Notes: generated by a model not told the origin, from the sequence alone. Shown: positions 1 through 9,371, counted from the first letter of the stretch. The stretch: 64,000 nt of DNA from Putridiphycobacter sp. (GCA_965230485.1 CBDDLA010000001.1:3183010-3247009), one strand, 5' to 3'. Program-made: numbers and translations.

Positions 1-138
1 TAAGTGATTGCGAAATAATACTAATTCTATTCCTTTGTCATATAACAATTCACCAACATAACGTGATAACTGGACCGCGTCTCTCTCGTGGTCTAAATAA
101 TTCTGTAGTTCCGTGTCGTAACCTACTTCTGTTGCCAT
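1..138 (-). CDS. gap: Glyceraldehyde-3-phosphate dehydrogenase, Bacteroidota long form (5' fragment, runs off the window)
   Basis: Manual translation from ATG at 138 gives MATEVGYDTELQNYLDHERDAVQLSRYVGELLYDKGIELVLFRNHL. The 'LYDKxIELVLFRN' motif resembles the N-terminal extension of flavobacterial long GAPDHs. Not in the ORF track. Confidence 0.7.
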   Translation of the reverse strand, partial: MATEVGYDTELQNYLDHERDAVQLSRYVGELLYDKGIELVLFRNHL

Positions 139-162
139 TTTTATATTTATTTAAATGTTTTC

Positions 163-194
163 AAAAAAAAAGAGCCGCCAAAAGTTGGCAGCCC
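163..194 (-). terminator. Intrinsic terminator after the primary sigma factor gene
   Basis: Minus strand reads GGGCTGCCAA-CTT-TTGGCGGCTC followed by a T run. Confidence 0.85.
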
Positions 195-202
195 ATATTT
201 TA

Positions 203-1069
203 CTAGCCTAAATAGGCTTTTAATAATTTGTTTCGCGAGGTGTGTCTGAGACGACGAATGGCCTTCTCTTTAATTTGACGAACACGTTCGCGGGTTAAAT
301 TAAACTTGGATCCTATTTCTTCTAACGTCAATCCATGATTCATTCCAATTCCAAAAAATAATCGAATAATTTCACGTTCCTTATCTGTTAGGGTAGAAAG
401 AGATCTTTCTATTTCCTTTTGCAACGATTCTGCTAATAGTAACCTATCAGCGTCTGGTGAATCGTCATTGGCCATTACATCCATTAATGTACCGCCATCT
501 TCGCTTGAAGATAATGGTGCATCCATTGATACGTGACGACCTGCAACTTTCATACTTTCTTTAATCTTGTCTTCAGGTACTTCTAAAACCTCAGCCAGCT
601 CTTCCGCTGATGGAGGTCTTTCATACTCTTGTTCTAGTTTAGAAAAAGCTTTGTTGATTTTGTTTAATGACCCTACTTGATTTAAAGGTAACCGAACTAT
701 TCTGGCTTGTTCTGCTAAAGCTTGCAAAATTGATTGACGAATCCACCAAACGGCATAGGATATAAATTTAAATCCTCTTGTTTCATCAAATTTTTGGGCT
801 GCTTTAATTAAGCCTAAATTTCCTTCGTTTATTAAATCTGGTAAAGTAAGTCCTTGATTCTGGTACTGTTTAGCAACTGAAACAACAAATCGTAAATTAG
901 CTCTGGTTAGTTTTTCAAGTGCCCATTGGTCTCCTTGCTTGATGCGTTTAGCTAATTCAACTTCCATCTCAGCAGTTATCAGTTCTTCTTTACCAATATC
1001 CTGCAAGTATTTGTCTAACGACTGACTTTCACGATTGGTAATGGATTTGGTGATTTTTAACTGCCTCAT
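203..1069 (-). CDS. rpoD: RNA polymerase primary sigma-70 factor (Bacteroidota short RpoD/SigA type)
   Basis: Starts [15 protein letters not shown], with region 2 ([33 protein letters not shown]) and region 4 (TLEEIG...TRERVRQI). Start trimmed from 1111 to the ATG at 1069. Confidence 0.93.
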   Translation of the reverse strand: MRQLKITKSITNRESQSLDKYLQDIGKEELITAEMEVELAKRIKQGDQWALEKLTRANLRFVVSVAKQYQNQGLTLPDLINEGNLGLIKAAQKFDETRGFKFISYAVWWIRQSILQALAEQARIVRLPLNQVGSLNKINKAFSKLEQEYERPPSAEELAEVLEVPEDKIKESMKVAGRHVSMDAPLSSSEDGGTLMDVMANDDSPDADRLLLAESLQKEIERSLSTLTDKEREIIRLFFGIGMNHGLTLEEIGSKFNLTRERVRQIKEKAIRRLRHTSRNKLLKAYLG

Positions 1070-1282
1070 TTTTACTTTATAATTTATTATTAATAAACCG
1101 ACTGCAAACATACGCTATTCTTGGATACAAGTCAAGCATCTATAACGTTAAATTTGCAAACATTCTATACTTTTACGAGTTCACCAATAAAAATGTTTCA
1201 TTTTTACAGTAAAAATTAATTTTTATTCACAATTAATTCTTAATTAGGTGTGGTTGAGACTTAAATTTTCATTCAATTAGAA

Positions 1283-2494
1283 TCATTGTTTACCAGCTAC
1301 ATAGTCTTTAAGGTATCGGTATCTTGGTGTTAAATGGCCTTGAAGATTGGTTTGACTAGCTCTGGCTATAATGCCATCTACATCTTCGCCCAGCAAATGT
1401 GGCATAATGTTTTTAATTAATTCATTTCCGAAATCTTCAGAGGCATCTTTAGGCAATTCACAAGGCAAATTGTCAACTGCCATCACACATATTACACCTT
1501 CCTTAGAATATTCATCTTCTGCTTCAGTTGTTGGATTGTATCCATAAAGTGGTTCAGAAATAGTAGATGGTCTTAATGTAGAGGCTACTGGTCCGTCAAT
1601 GTCGCAGGATATGTCTGCCACAACAGTTGTTTTGATTTTTGGATCTTTTAGGTCTTCACGGGTAAAAATGAATGGCGAGCTGGAGTCCCAGTAATGACAT
1701 GCAATATACATATCAGCAATTTCAAGATACCGTTTGAAAGTAGAAACATGACCTTCGCCTGATTCATAAAACGCAAATTTATCAAATGATTCGCCATTGG
1801 CTTTCGCAAAATAATCTTCCACATCCAATTGCGTGAAAACAGGTTCATGATAGGTTATTGACAAGAATTCATCAGGTGAAACTTCTTTTAACTTCAGTTT
1901 TTCTAAAATTTCGCGTGCACCATGTCCAACTCTCCCATATCCTGTGAGTACAATTTTTGCTTGTTTTGGAAGTTTAGTCTTTAACAATTCACCTTCCATT
2001 TCTACCCTGTCCTCACATAAGTTTGCAGGTTTCAAATCGTATAGGTTATGTTTTTTTCCAAAAGCCAAGAAGCCATTGTAAGTGCCAACAATTCCAGCAT
2101 ATCTGCCAAAACCTATTAAACGATTTTCACGTTTGTTGGTGAGTACTTCATAATCAATTAGTCTTATTTTTTTGTCTAATATGGTTCTTAACAAGTCACG
2201 ATTATAAGGTTGCATTTTAAACGTGTGGGAGAAGAATAAATAGGTTTTGTTTGGAATTAGGTCAGATTTATTAACCTCCTTAACTCCCATTAAGATATCG
2301 CAGTCTGAAACGTCATCCACCAATTCAATTCCAGCAGCTTCATATTCACTGTCTTTAATTTTTCTAATCTGACTTTTTTGTACCACAACTTCCACATTTG
2401 GATACTGGGTTTTAATCAAAGCACATTGTTTCGGTGTTAAAGGGACCCTTTTATCTGGTGGAACTTTGCCTTCTTTGATGATACCTATTCTCAT
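1283..2494 (-). CDS. AlaDh/PNT-fold NAD(P)-dependent oxidoreductase, saccharopine dehydrogenase / lysine-ketoglutarate reductase-like
   Basis: Motifs MRIGIIKEGK..DKRVPLTP, FFSHT, GxGRVG, VVADISCD and MAVDNLPCELP. Start trimmed to 2494 because the track's longer N-terminus is antisense to tmRNA. Confidence 0.8.
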   Translation of the reverse strand: MRIGIIKEGKVPPDKRVPLTPKQCALIKTQYPNVEVVVQKSQIRKIKDSEYEAAGIELVDDVSDCDILMGVKEVNKSDLIPNKTYLFFSHTFKMQPYNRDLLRTILDKKIRLIDYEVLTNKRENRLIGFGRYAGIVGTYNGFLAFGKKHNLYDLKPANLCEDRVEMEGELLKTKLPKQAKIVLTGYGRVGHGAREILEKLKLKEVSPDEFLSITYHEPVFTQLDVEDYFAKANGESFDKFAFYESGEGHVSTFKRYLEIADMYIACHYWDSSSPFIFTREDLKDPKIKTTVVADISCDIDGPVASTLRPSTISEPLYGYNPTTEAEDEYSKEGVICVMAVDNLPCELPKDASEDFGNELIKNIMPHLLGEDVDGIIARASQTNLQGHLTPRYRYLKDYVAGKQ

Positions 2495-2604
2495 TGGATA
2501 CTTGTATTTTAATTTGAACAAGCTAAAATAGCCGAAATTTTGACAAAAAATGATAATTTTTCTGTTTTTAAGCCTGAATAGTAACAAAGGGTATAAAATT
2601 CGGT

Positions 2605-2612
2605 TAAATTTG
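2605..2612 (+). promoter_or_regulatory. Bacteroidota -7 promoter element (TAAATTTG) for ssrA
   Basis: Exact TAnnTTTG match 12 nt upstream of the mature tmRNA 5' end. Confidence 0.7.
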
Positions 2613-2624
2613 CAGTAGTTCTTT

Positions 2625-3026
2625 GGGGCCGACTTGGATTTGACAGCATCTGATTTGGAATGTAAGCATGTCGAGTAACGTACAAACACTCGTTAATCAG
2701 AAGTACATTACAGAATAATTGACAACAATAATTCTTACGCGTTAGCTGCGTAATTAGGCTAGGCTTAATTACCTTAATTCCACCCGAAGTATAGTAAGGG
2801 GAACTAACTGTCCTCAAGTACGCCCGCCTGAAGTGGACTTGATTTAGGGCATAGCAATTTTAGGATAGTGCAAGGGGCGTCTCGACCAGGGCATGAAATT
2901 AAAGAGAAGTAGATTAAAGGTAGGGTGTTTGTGTCCAGTCTTTAATTGAAATCAAATCACAAAATAAGCACGTAGAAATCATTTTAACTCTTTGTTTGGA
3001 CGCGGGTTCGATACCCGCCGGCTCCA
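2625..3026 (+). ncRNA. ssrA: tmRNA
   Basis: 5' end GGGGCCGACTTGGATTTGACAG. 3' T-arm GCGGGTTCGATACCCGC and acceptor CGGCTCCA (G3:U pair). Internal tag ORF 2721-2753 encodes DNNNSYALAA*. Confidence 0.97.
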
Positions 3027-3035
3027 CTTATGCAC

Positions 3036-3075
3036 TGCAAAGCTCCGACGGAAAGAAGGGGCTTTGCATGTTTTA
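3036..3075 (+). terminator. Terminator hairpin after ssrA
   Basis: TGCAAAGCTCC (3036-3046) pairs with GGGGCTTTGCA (3058-3068), followed by TGTTTT. Confidence 0.75.
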
Positions 3076-3200
3076 CAATTCTTATTGCTTTTTTGAATGA
3101 ATGCTACTATCTCTGCGGATGCTGTTCGTACGGCCGTATTTTATAGAGTGAATATTTTTTTAAATTAATATTACTTTTGCAATACTTAAATAAAGAGTGT

Positions 3201-3638
3201 ATGTTTAACAGAAATGGTGGTACAATTGCTGGTGGAGTGCTCATATTAATTTTAGCAATATCATGTAGCTTTCAACAAAAAGACGATCCGGTTTCAATGG
3301 AAGGATACTGGAAAGTAATTCCTCTAGATATTGTCGGTTCGGATGACAATACATGGATGCTTTGGAAATTTGATTCAGATTCAAAAATATATACTCTAGC
3401 TAGCCGCCGCATAGGTAAATATATACTGGGTGACACTTTAAGTGTATTGACATGGCAGTTGAGTAATTCTAATTATGATATTAAAATAAGCGCTTCAAAT
3501 TCTGATAACTCAGATAAATTAGTTTATAGCATTACAAATGATGGAGATGATTTGCTATTTAAAATGCATGAAGAGTTGAGAAGAGAAAATTTTTTTAATG
3601 ACTTGAGATTAGAAAAGTACAAAGGCAAAGTTCGGTAG
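3201..3638 (+). CDS. Hypothetical lipoprotein (possibly lipocalin-like beta fold)
   Basis: Hydrophobic stretch ending LAISC (lipobox) and an early GYW motif. ATG at 3201 is preferred over TTG at 3177. Confidence 0.6.
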   Translation: MFNRNGGTIAGGVLILILAISCSFQQKDDPVSMEGYWKVIPLDIVGSDDNTWMLWKFDSDSKIYTLASRRIGKYILGDTLSVLTWQLSNSNYDIKISASNSDNSDKLVYSITNDGDDLLFKMHEELRRENFFNDLRLEKYKGKVR

Positions 3639-3783
3639 TAAAACATTAATCTTCTTCAATGGCTTAAGGTTGTGTTTATTTTTTCTGATCATTGAAGGAT
3701 GCCTTTTTAAATAGAGTGAATTACAGAACGTTTTCTGAAATCATAATTAAATTAATATCACCTAATAGTTTTAAAGAATTATT

Positions 3784-3791
3784 TATATTTG
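3784..3791 (+). promoter_or_regulatory. -7 promoter element (TATATTTG) for the tRNA pair
   Basis: Exact TAnnTTTG match 13 nt upstream of tRNA-Val. Confidence 0.7.
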
Positions 3792-3804
3792 GCTTTTATT
3801 TTTT

Positions 3805-3879
3805 GAGCTATTAACTCAGTTGGTTTAGAGTGTCACCTTGACAGGGTGGAAGTCACTGGTTCGAATCCAGTATAGCTCA
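3805..3879 (+). tRNA. trnV: tRNA-Val(GAC)
   Basis: Acceptor GAGCTAT/ATAGCTC, D-stem ACTC/GAGT, anticodon arm TCACC-TTGACAG-GGTGG, T-arm ACTGG-TTCGAAT-CCAGT. CCA is not encoded. Confidence 0.96.
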
Positions 3880-3891
3880 CTTTTCTTTTTA

Positions 3892-3965
3892 GGGGGATTA
3901 GCTCAGTTGGCTAGAGCGCTTGCCTGGCAGGCAAGAGGTCACCGGTTCGAATCCGGTATTCTCCA
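3892..3965 (+). tRNA. trnA: tRNA-Ala(GGC)
   Basis: Acceptor GGGGGAT/ATTCTCC with G3:U70, anticodon arm CTTGC-CTGGCAG-GCAAG, T-arm ACCGG-TTCGAAT-CCGGT. CCA is not encoded. Confidence 0.96.
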
Positions 3966-4055
3966 CAAAATATCCTGCAAGACAATTTTGATAGGCTTTT
4001 CTACTCGATAAAGTAAGTGGAATTCAGACCGTACTTATTTTTTTATCTAAAAACC

Positions 4056-4940
4056 TTATTTCAGAATGGCTTTATTCAGTTTTTTTATATCTCCTTTCGA
4101 CAAACCTAGCCCCATTTGACTGAATCCATCATATAGTACACTTTCAGTTTTACAGTCAATAATAAAGATGTGCTTCCTTCTTGTAAAAACCGGTAGAAGA
4201 TAGCAAAAATCCTCTGTATTGCTATCGATATATGTTTGCAGCTCTTCATCAGTAACAAACTTAATTTTATGGTTATATAGTTCTTTAAGTTTCTGCTTTT
4301 CGATAAGTGGCTCAGCTTTATCATCAAAAGGGTAGTACTCGCCATGTTTCAAACTAGACTCGCTAACTAGTAGTGTTTTACGTCTTATCTTAGCACTTCT
4401 TTTGTTATAAAGCATAGTGGTATTATATCTCACTTTGGTAATTGTAGGACCATTAACTTTTGCGCCATTAAGCTTCATTTCAATAAAATCGTGCATCATT
4501 TTTACAATCCCCGTTGCTCGATAAGCCGCGTCAGTCACATACTTTTCATGAGAAAAATTATCTAAAATAACATCTGCAACTGTTCTTTTAAAAATGTCTT
4601 CTTCTCCACCCATAATTAACGCGTATCTGTTATATTCCTGTTCCGATACATTCGTTTCAACCGTCATGGTTACAGGTACTAAGTATGATATGGACTTATC
4701 CTCTGACGAGTACTCGTAATCCTGAGGAACGAATTCATAATCGGTTACTTCCCAATATTTCTCAAATCCAATTTTTAACCTCTTGTCCATTTCTTCTGAA
4801 CCGGTTGAAATTACAATCACTGTACTTTTTAAAAATCTTTCCTTGAGTAGCTTAGGAGAACATGTTCCGCCATATTGTGAAAACGAAATCAGCTGAAAAC
4901 AAAATAGAGTGATAAAAAAGAAAATTTTTAAGTTTTTCAT
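4056..4940 (-). CDS. Hypothetical exported protein
   Basis: Long ORF. ATG at 4940 gives a signal peptide (MKNLKIFFFITLFCFQLISFSQ), and a TATCTTTG promoter lies at 4989-4996 on the minus strand. Confidence 0.75.
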   Translation of the reverse strand: MKNLKIFFFITLFCFQLISFSQYGGTCSPKLLKERFLKSTVIVISTGSEEMDKRLKIGFEKYWEVTDYEFVPQDYEYSSEDKSISYLVPVTMTVETNVSEQEYNRYALIMGGEEDIFKRTVADVILDNFSHEKYVTDAAYRATGIVKMMHDFIEMKLNGAKVNGPTITKVRYNTTMLYNKRSAKIRRKTLLVSESSLKHGEYYPFDDKAEPLIEKQKLKELYNHKIKFVTDEELQTYIDSNTEDFCYLLPVFTRRKHIFIIDCKTESVLYDGFSQMGLGLSKGDIKKLNKAILK

Positions 4941-5189
4941 AATGAATGTAGTACTGTTTTTTAGGCGAAGATAGTAATTATTATTGTTCAAAGATAAGTA
5001 GAACGGATTTCAGTTTGATACACCATATCAAATCAAGATCTTGAGATTCTATTGATACATAGAAATGCTAGATCCTAAATCTCATAAATCATTTTCGGTA
5101 AATATAATTGGCTATGCTTAAATAAGAATATACCCATTTGATTGGTCTACATTTTTAAAAATTATCCGTTAACTATCCTTCAAGAGCCC

Positions 5190-5834
5190 TTACATATAAA
5201 TTGTAAAGCCAGTTTGACCTAGAAAATTGGCCCTTTGCAAAGGTTCAAACCTTACATTGGTATTGTCAAAGCCGTTATAGTTTTCATGATTCAGTGATAC
5301 CCCGAAACCTAATTGTGTGTGAAACGACAAGAATTTTGTAATAACCAATTGTGTTCTCACAGCTGGAGCAAGTGTAATAGAGTTGAATTTGCGAACCGTA
5401 GTCTCTATATCACTAACTTGAGTGTCCTCATTTCCAATCTGGAAAATACCGATTCCACCTAAGCCAATGTTAAGTTGGCTTTCATTAAATATGTCAAGTC
5501 GAACATAACGCTTAAATATGGCTAATTGCCCTACTAAACTATTTCTTTTTATTTGATAGGTACTATTAGTTGTTTTGTTTTCAACATTATTGGTGACGTA
5601 ACCAATACCTAAAAGAGTGGTTAATCTGTTAACATACATGGCGCCGTTAAATATAATGCCCAATTGGTTCCTTTTTAGGGTGCTGCCTTTAATTTGTTTA
5701 AGTGCACTAATATTCACAATAGGGTTAACCTCCAGGCCAAATTTCACGGCTCCCCTCGGCCTTTTCTCTTCAGTTTGTGCAAATGAGGAAAAGGAAAGCG
5801 TTAAAATGATGAATAAAAATTGTAGGGCTTTCAT
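5190..5834 (-). CDS. Outer-membrane beta-barrel protein
   Basis: Signal peptide, alternating beta-strand pattern, and C-terminal GFTIYM with a penultimate aromatic residue. Confidence 0.65.
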   Translation of the reverse strand: MKALQFLFIILTLSFSSFAQTEEKRPRGAVKFGLEVNPIVNISALKQIKGSTLKRNQLGIIFNGAMYVNRLTTLLGIGYVTNNVENKTTNSTYQIKRNSLVGQLAIFKRYVRLDIFNESQLNIGLGGIGIFQIGNEDTQVSDIETTVRKFNSITLAPAVRTQLVITKFLSFHTQLGFGVSLNHENYNGFDNTNVRFEPLQRANFLGQTGFTIYM

Positions 5835-6036
5835 ATGGCTTGATTTAGAATAGTTTTAGATTCTTTAACGTAAAAAATTTCAACATTATTGCTCAAATCT
5901 TTTTTATCCACCAAATGTTAAGCAACATTGTCATTACAATCATAAAAAAAGTTAATTCCGCTAAGGGTAATTGCCTTTTCTCGACTATATAAATAAGTAA
6001 CTGCAAAATATTGTAACTTTAGCGAAAGGACATAAG

Positions 6037-6492
6037 ATGATTAACTGGAACGACATTATTAAGTATGCTACACATGGCAATCCATTGCCAGATAATAGGA
6101 TTGAGAAAACAGAAGCAGAATGGAAAACCATTTTGACGCCAGAACAATTTAGAATAACGAGACTTAAGGGGACTGAACCTGCTGGATCCGGTGCACTCTG
6201 TTCTGCATACGATCCTGGCATCTACAATTGTGTTTGTTGTGCCACCCCATTATTTGACTCAACCATAAAGTTCAGTTCTGGAACAGGTTGGCCAAGTTTT
6301 ACACAACCGATTAAAGAAAATGCCATTAAGAATGTAAAGGATACGTCGTATGGAATGGTGAGGGTAGAAGTAATGTGTAATACCTGTGACGCTCATTTGG
6401 GACATGTTTTTCCAGACGGACCTGAACCAACTGGGTTAAGGTACTGTATTAATTCAGAATCGCTAACACTAGTGAAAAATACTGTAAAATGA
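6037..6492 (+). CDS. msrB: Peptide-methionine (R)-S-oxide reductase
   Basis: Motifs GTE, CVCC, KFSSGTGWPSF, CNTC..HLGHVFPDGP and RYCINS. Confidence 0.96.
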   Translation: MINWNDIIKYATHGNPLPDNRIEKTEAEWKTILTPEQFRITRLKGTEPAGSGALCSAYDPGIYNCVCCATPLFDSTIKFSSGTGWPSFTQPIKENAIKNVKDTSYGMVRVEVMCNTCDAHLGHVFPDGPEPTGLRYCINSESLTLVKNTVK

Positions 6493-6767
6493 GAACTTTA
6501 ATACACGATAAAGCCAATAGAAAATTTGTTTTAGAACTTGAACAAAACGAGACTGCCGAAGTTGTTTATACTGCTGATAATAATCAGTTAAGATTGATTT
6601 ATTCTGAGGTGCCGCATCATTTGAGAGGTTTAGGTATTGGGAAAGAATTAGTCGAAAAAACGTTTGAAAAACTTACTGAAGAAGGTTACCAGGCCGAAGC
6701 CGTTTGCTCCTATATTAGAATGATTGCAAAAAGAAGTTCTAAATGGAATGAAATAATTAAGCACTAA
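6489..6767 (+). CDS. GNAT-like acetyltransferase (YjdJ type)
   Basis: SEVPHHLRGLGIGKELV and CSY motifs, 92 aa, ATGA overlap with msrB. Confidence 0.85.
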   Translation: MRTLIHDKANRKFVLELEQNETAEVVYTADNNQLRLIYSEVPHHLRGLGIGKELVEKTFEKLTEEGYQAEAVCSYIRMIAKRSSKWNEIIKH

Positions 6768-6775
6768 GCAAACCC

Positions 6776-6904
6776 ATGCCAACACTTGAAAATAGCGCAA
6801 TGTATAATCGTTTTAGTTCAGAAATGGTAAACAATCACATTGCAAAGCATATGACCAGAAAAACAAATACATTTACCAATTGCAATGCGGAAAGGCCTGT
6901 ATGA
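6776..6904 (+). CDS. Candidate 42-aa small ORF filling the GNAT-selO gap
   Basis: Translates to MPTLENSAMYNRFSSEMVNNHIAKHMTRKTNTFTNCNAERPV*. Its TGA overlaps the selO ATG (ATGA). I recognise no homolog. Confidence 0.3.
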   Translation: MPTLENSAMYNRFSSEMVNNHIAKHMTRKTNTFTNCNAERPV

Positions 6905-8469
6905 CTCATTTTTTAGATTTAGAAATAGAACCCCGATTTTCAAATAAATTACCATCAGATCCTGATTTAAACAATCAAAGAAGGCAGGTGCATAAGGCTT
7001 GCTTTTCTTATGTGGATACTAAAATACCAGCAGAGTCAAGGTTCATACATTTGAACAAAAATTTTCTAAAGGAGCTTGATATTGAATTAGGTCAAGATAA
7101 AGAATCATTAAACGTATTAACAGGTGTAAAACCGTATAAGAATTTTAAAGCTTATGCTATGTGTTATGGGGGGCATCAATTTGGTCATTGGGCAGGGCAG
7201 TTAGGAGACGGAAGAGCAATTAATATCGCCGAACTTAAGATTCGAAATCAAAATTGGAAATTTCAGCTCAAAGGAGCAGGGCCAACTCCTTATTCTAGAA
7301 CAGCAGATGGATTTGCTGTACTGAGGTCTAGTATCCGAGAATACTTGTGTAGCGAGGCTATGAATGCCTTGGGAGTGCCTACAACTCGTGCATTATCAAT
7401 TGCCTTATCAGGAGATAAAGTAATCAGAGATATACTATATGATGGCAATCCTGCAGAAGAATTAGGAGCCATAGTTTGTCGTGTTTCTCCTTCTTTTTTG
7501 CGTTTTGGGAGCTATGAAATTTTTAGTGCAAGGCAAGAAATAAGTGAATTAAAACAATTGGTCGATTATACAATTAAAGAGCACTATTCAGAATTAGGCG
7601 AACCTTCGAAAGAGACCTATATTGATTTTTTTAAATCAGTAGTTGACCGTACCAAAAATATGATTATTCATTGGCAAAGAGTCGGTTTTGTTCACGGTGT
7701 AATGAATACAGATAATATGTCAATTTTAGGTCTTACAATTGATTATGGCCCATATGGTTGGCTTGAAGATTATGATACTGGCTGGACACCAAATACAACG
7801 GATGCGCAGCATAAGCGTTATCGGTTCGGAAATCAACCAAACATTGCACTATGGAATCTAGTACAGCTGGCCAATGCGCTATATCCGTTAATTGAAGATG
7901 TAGAGCCATTGCAATCAATTTTAGATGGGTATAAGTCTGATTACTTGCAATCGTATCATACAATGATGTCTGAAAAATTAGGTTTATATCAACCAGATCT
8001 TATTAGTGATGACTTTATTAATGAATTGACCAACCTCATGCAAATGAGCGAAGTGGATATGACTATGTTCTTTCGAGAATTATCATCAAAAACATTGACA
8101 AACTTTGATTTATTTTGGAGCATGGTCATTAACGTTTCTTATTTAAGTACAGGGTTATTAGAAAATAAGAAGGAAAAGTGGGATAAATGGTTTGAGAAAT
8201 ACGACCTTTATTTACAAGCCGAAAATATGAAATTGATCAATCGTCAATCTAAAATGAAGGCTGTCAATCCAAAATATGTATTGCGAAATTATATGGCCCA
8301 GCTGGCCATTGATGATGCTGAAAAAGGCAACTATGAATTGATTGATGAATTATATCAAATGTTACTTCATCCTTATAATGAACAACCTGAATACAATAAA
8401 TGGTATGCAAAACGACCAGATTGGGCAAAACATAAAGTGGGATGCTCGCAATTGTCTTGCAGTTCTTAA
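6901..8469 (+). CDS. selO: Protein adenylyltransferase SelO (YdiU family)
   Basis: YGGHQFG..AGQLGDGRA, QLKGAGPTPYSRTADG.AVLRSSIRE, HGVMNTDN, IDYGPYG and C-terminal SCSS. Start at ATG 6901. Confidence 0.95.
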   Translation: MTHFLDLEIEPRFSNKLPSDPDLNNQRRQVHKACFSYVDTKIPAESRFIHLNKNFLKELDIELGQDKESLNVLTGVKPYKNFKAYAMCYGGHQFGHWAGQLGDGRAINIAELKIRNQNWKFQLKGAGPTPYSRTADGFAVLRSSIREYLCSEAMNALGVPTTRALSIALSGDKVIRDILYDGNPAEELGAIVCRVSPSFLRFGSYEIFSARQEISELKQLVDYTIKEHYSELGEPSKETYIDFFKSVVDRTKNMIIHWQRVGFVHGVMNTDNMSILGLTIDYGPYGWLEDYDTGWTPNTTDAQHKRYRFGNQPNIALWNLVQLANALYPLIEDVEPLQSILDGYKSDYLQSYHTMMSEKLGLYQPDLISDDFINELTNLMQMSEVDMTMFFRELSSKTLTNFDLFWSMVINVSYLSTGLLENKKEKWDKWFEKYDLYLQAENMKLINRQSKMKAVNPKYVLRNYMAQLAIDDAEKGNYELIDELYQMLLHPYNEQPEYNKWYAKRPDWAKHKVGCSQLSCSS

Positions 8470-8489
8470 CTAAAAATTAAAACAACAAA

Positions 8490-8981
8490 ATGAGCAATAT
8501 TAAAAAAGCATATATAGCAGGTGGCTGCTTCTGGGGGATGGAAGACCTGTTTAGGGTCAGACCTGGAATTATTGACACTGAGGTTGGTTATATTGGTGGT
8601 GAAAACGCCAACCCAACCTATAAATACCATCCTGGCCATGCCGAAGGTATTGAATTAACCTACAACGCAGATGAAACTTCTTTTGAAGATATTTTAGATT
8701 ATTTTTTTAGAATTCATGATCCAACAACTGTCGATAGGCAAGGAAATGATAGGGGGTCGAGTTACCGATCTGCTATTTTTTATCAAAATGAATCGGAAAA
8801 AACGATCGCTGAAAAAATAATAGGTATTGTAAATACTTCTGGAAGATGGAATGCAGATGCGGTGACAACTTTAGAACCTTATTCGACTTTTTGGCCAGCT
8901 GAACCTGAACATCAAGACTATTTGGTTAGAATCCCAAATGGTTATACATGCCATTTTGAACGATTTGGTTCTTTTTTGTAA
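8490..8981 (+). CDS. msrA: Peptide-methionine (S)-S-oxide reductase
   Basis: AGGCFWG active site, GHAE, QGNDRGSSYRSAI and AEPEHQDY. Confidence 0.96.
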   Translation: MSNIKKAYIAGGCFWGMEDLFRVRPGIIDTEVGYIGGENANPTYKYHPGHAEGIELTYNADETSFEDILDYFFRIHDPTTVDRQGNDRGSSYRSAIFYQNESEKTIAEKIIGIVNTSGRWNADAVTTLEPYSTFWPAEPEHQDYLVRIPNGYTCHFERFGSFL

Positions 8982-9023
8982 TCATTGCTGGCTTAAACCG
9001 ACTTATTAATAAACTAAAAGCAG

Positions 9024-9362
9024 ATGAAAAATTGGAAACATATAACAGATATCAGTGAGATTGATCGTATCATAGAAGCTTCAAGTGAACGCCCGCAGAT
9101 TTTATTTAAAGACAGTTTAACCTGTGGAATCAGTGCTTATGCAAAAAGCCGTTTGTCGGACGGAAATGATTTGTTGATGAATTTGGCCGACTTTAATTAT
9201 TTAGACCTCCTAAAATATAGGAACATATCGAATCACATTGCAGATGTATTTGATGTTTATCATCAGTCTCCTCAAATTTTAGTTGTTAAAGATGGAAAAG
9301 TGTCTTACACGGCTTCTCATCATTCCATACAACCAAGGGAGATTGCTAAACATCTTGAATAA
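9024..9362 (+). CDS. ytxJ: YtxJ/BrxC-like monothiol bacilliredoxin (thioredoxin fold)
   Basis: LFKDSLTCGIS, YLDLLKYRNISNHIA and HQSPQILVVKDG. Confidence 0.82.
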   Translation: MKNWKHITDISEIDRIIEASSERPQILFKDSLTCGISAYAKSRLSDGNDLLMNLADFNYLDLLKYRNISNHIADVFDVYHQSPQILVVKDGKVSYTASHHSIQPREIAKHLE

Positions 9363-9371
9363 ATACCAATC

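Noticed and set aside
2495-2817. N-terminal extension of the 1283-2689 ORF and the 2509-2817 ORF
   Set aside because: They are antisense to tmRNA and its promoter. The recognisable protein starts at MRIGII (2494).
3143-3721. 11-bp direct repeat ATAGAGTGAAT at 3143 and 3711 flanking the lipoprotein gene
   Set aside because: A match of this length is roughly expected by chance in an AT-rich 800 bp. It does not match the ssrA or tRNA 3' ends, and no recombinase is nearby.
2625-4055. Prophage or island integrated at ssrA or the tRNAs
   Set aside because: No integrase and no att-like duplication of the 3' ends is visible.
1223-5912. One-mismatch DnaA boxes (TTATTCACA at 1223, TTATCCACC at 5904)
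   Set aside because: They are isolated single hits, expected by chance at this base composition.
8440-8469. Possible selenocysteine at the SelO C-terminus
   Set aside because: The ORF ends CSS-TAA with Cys codons and no in-frame TGA.
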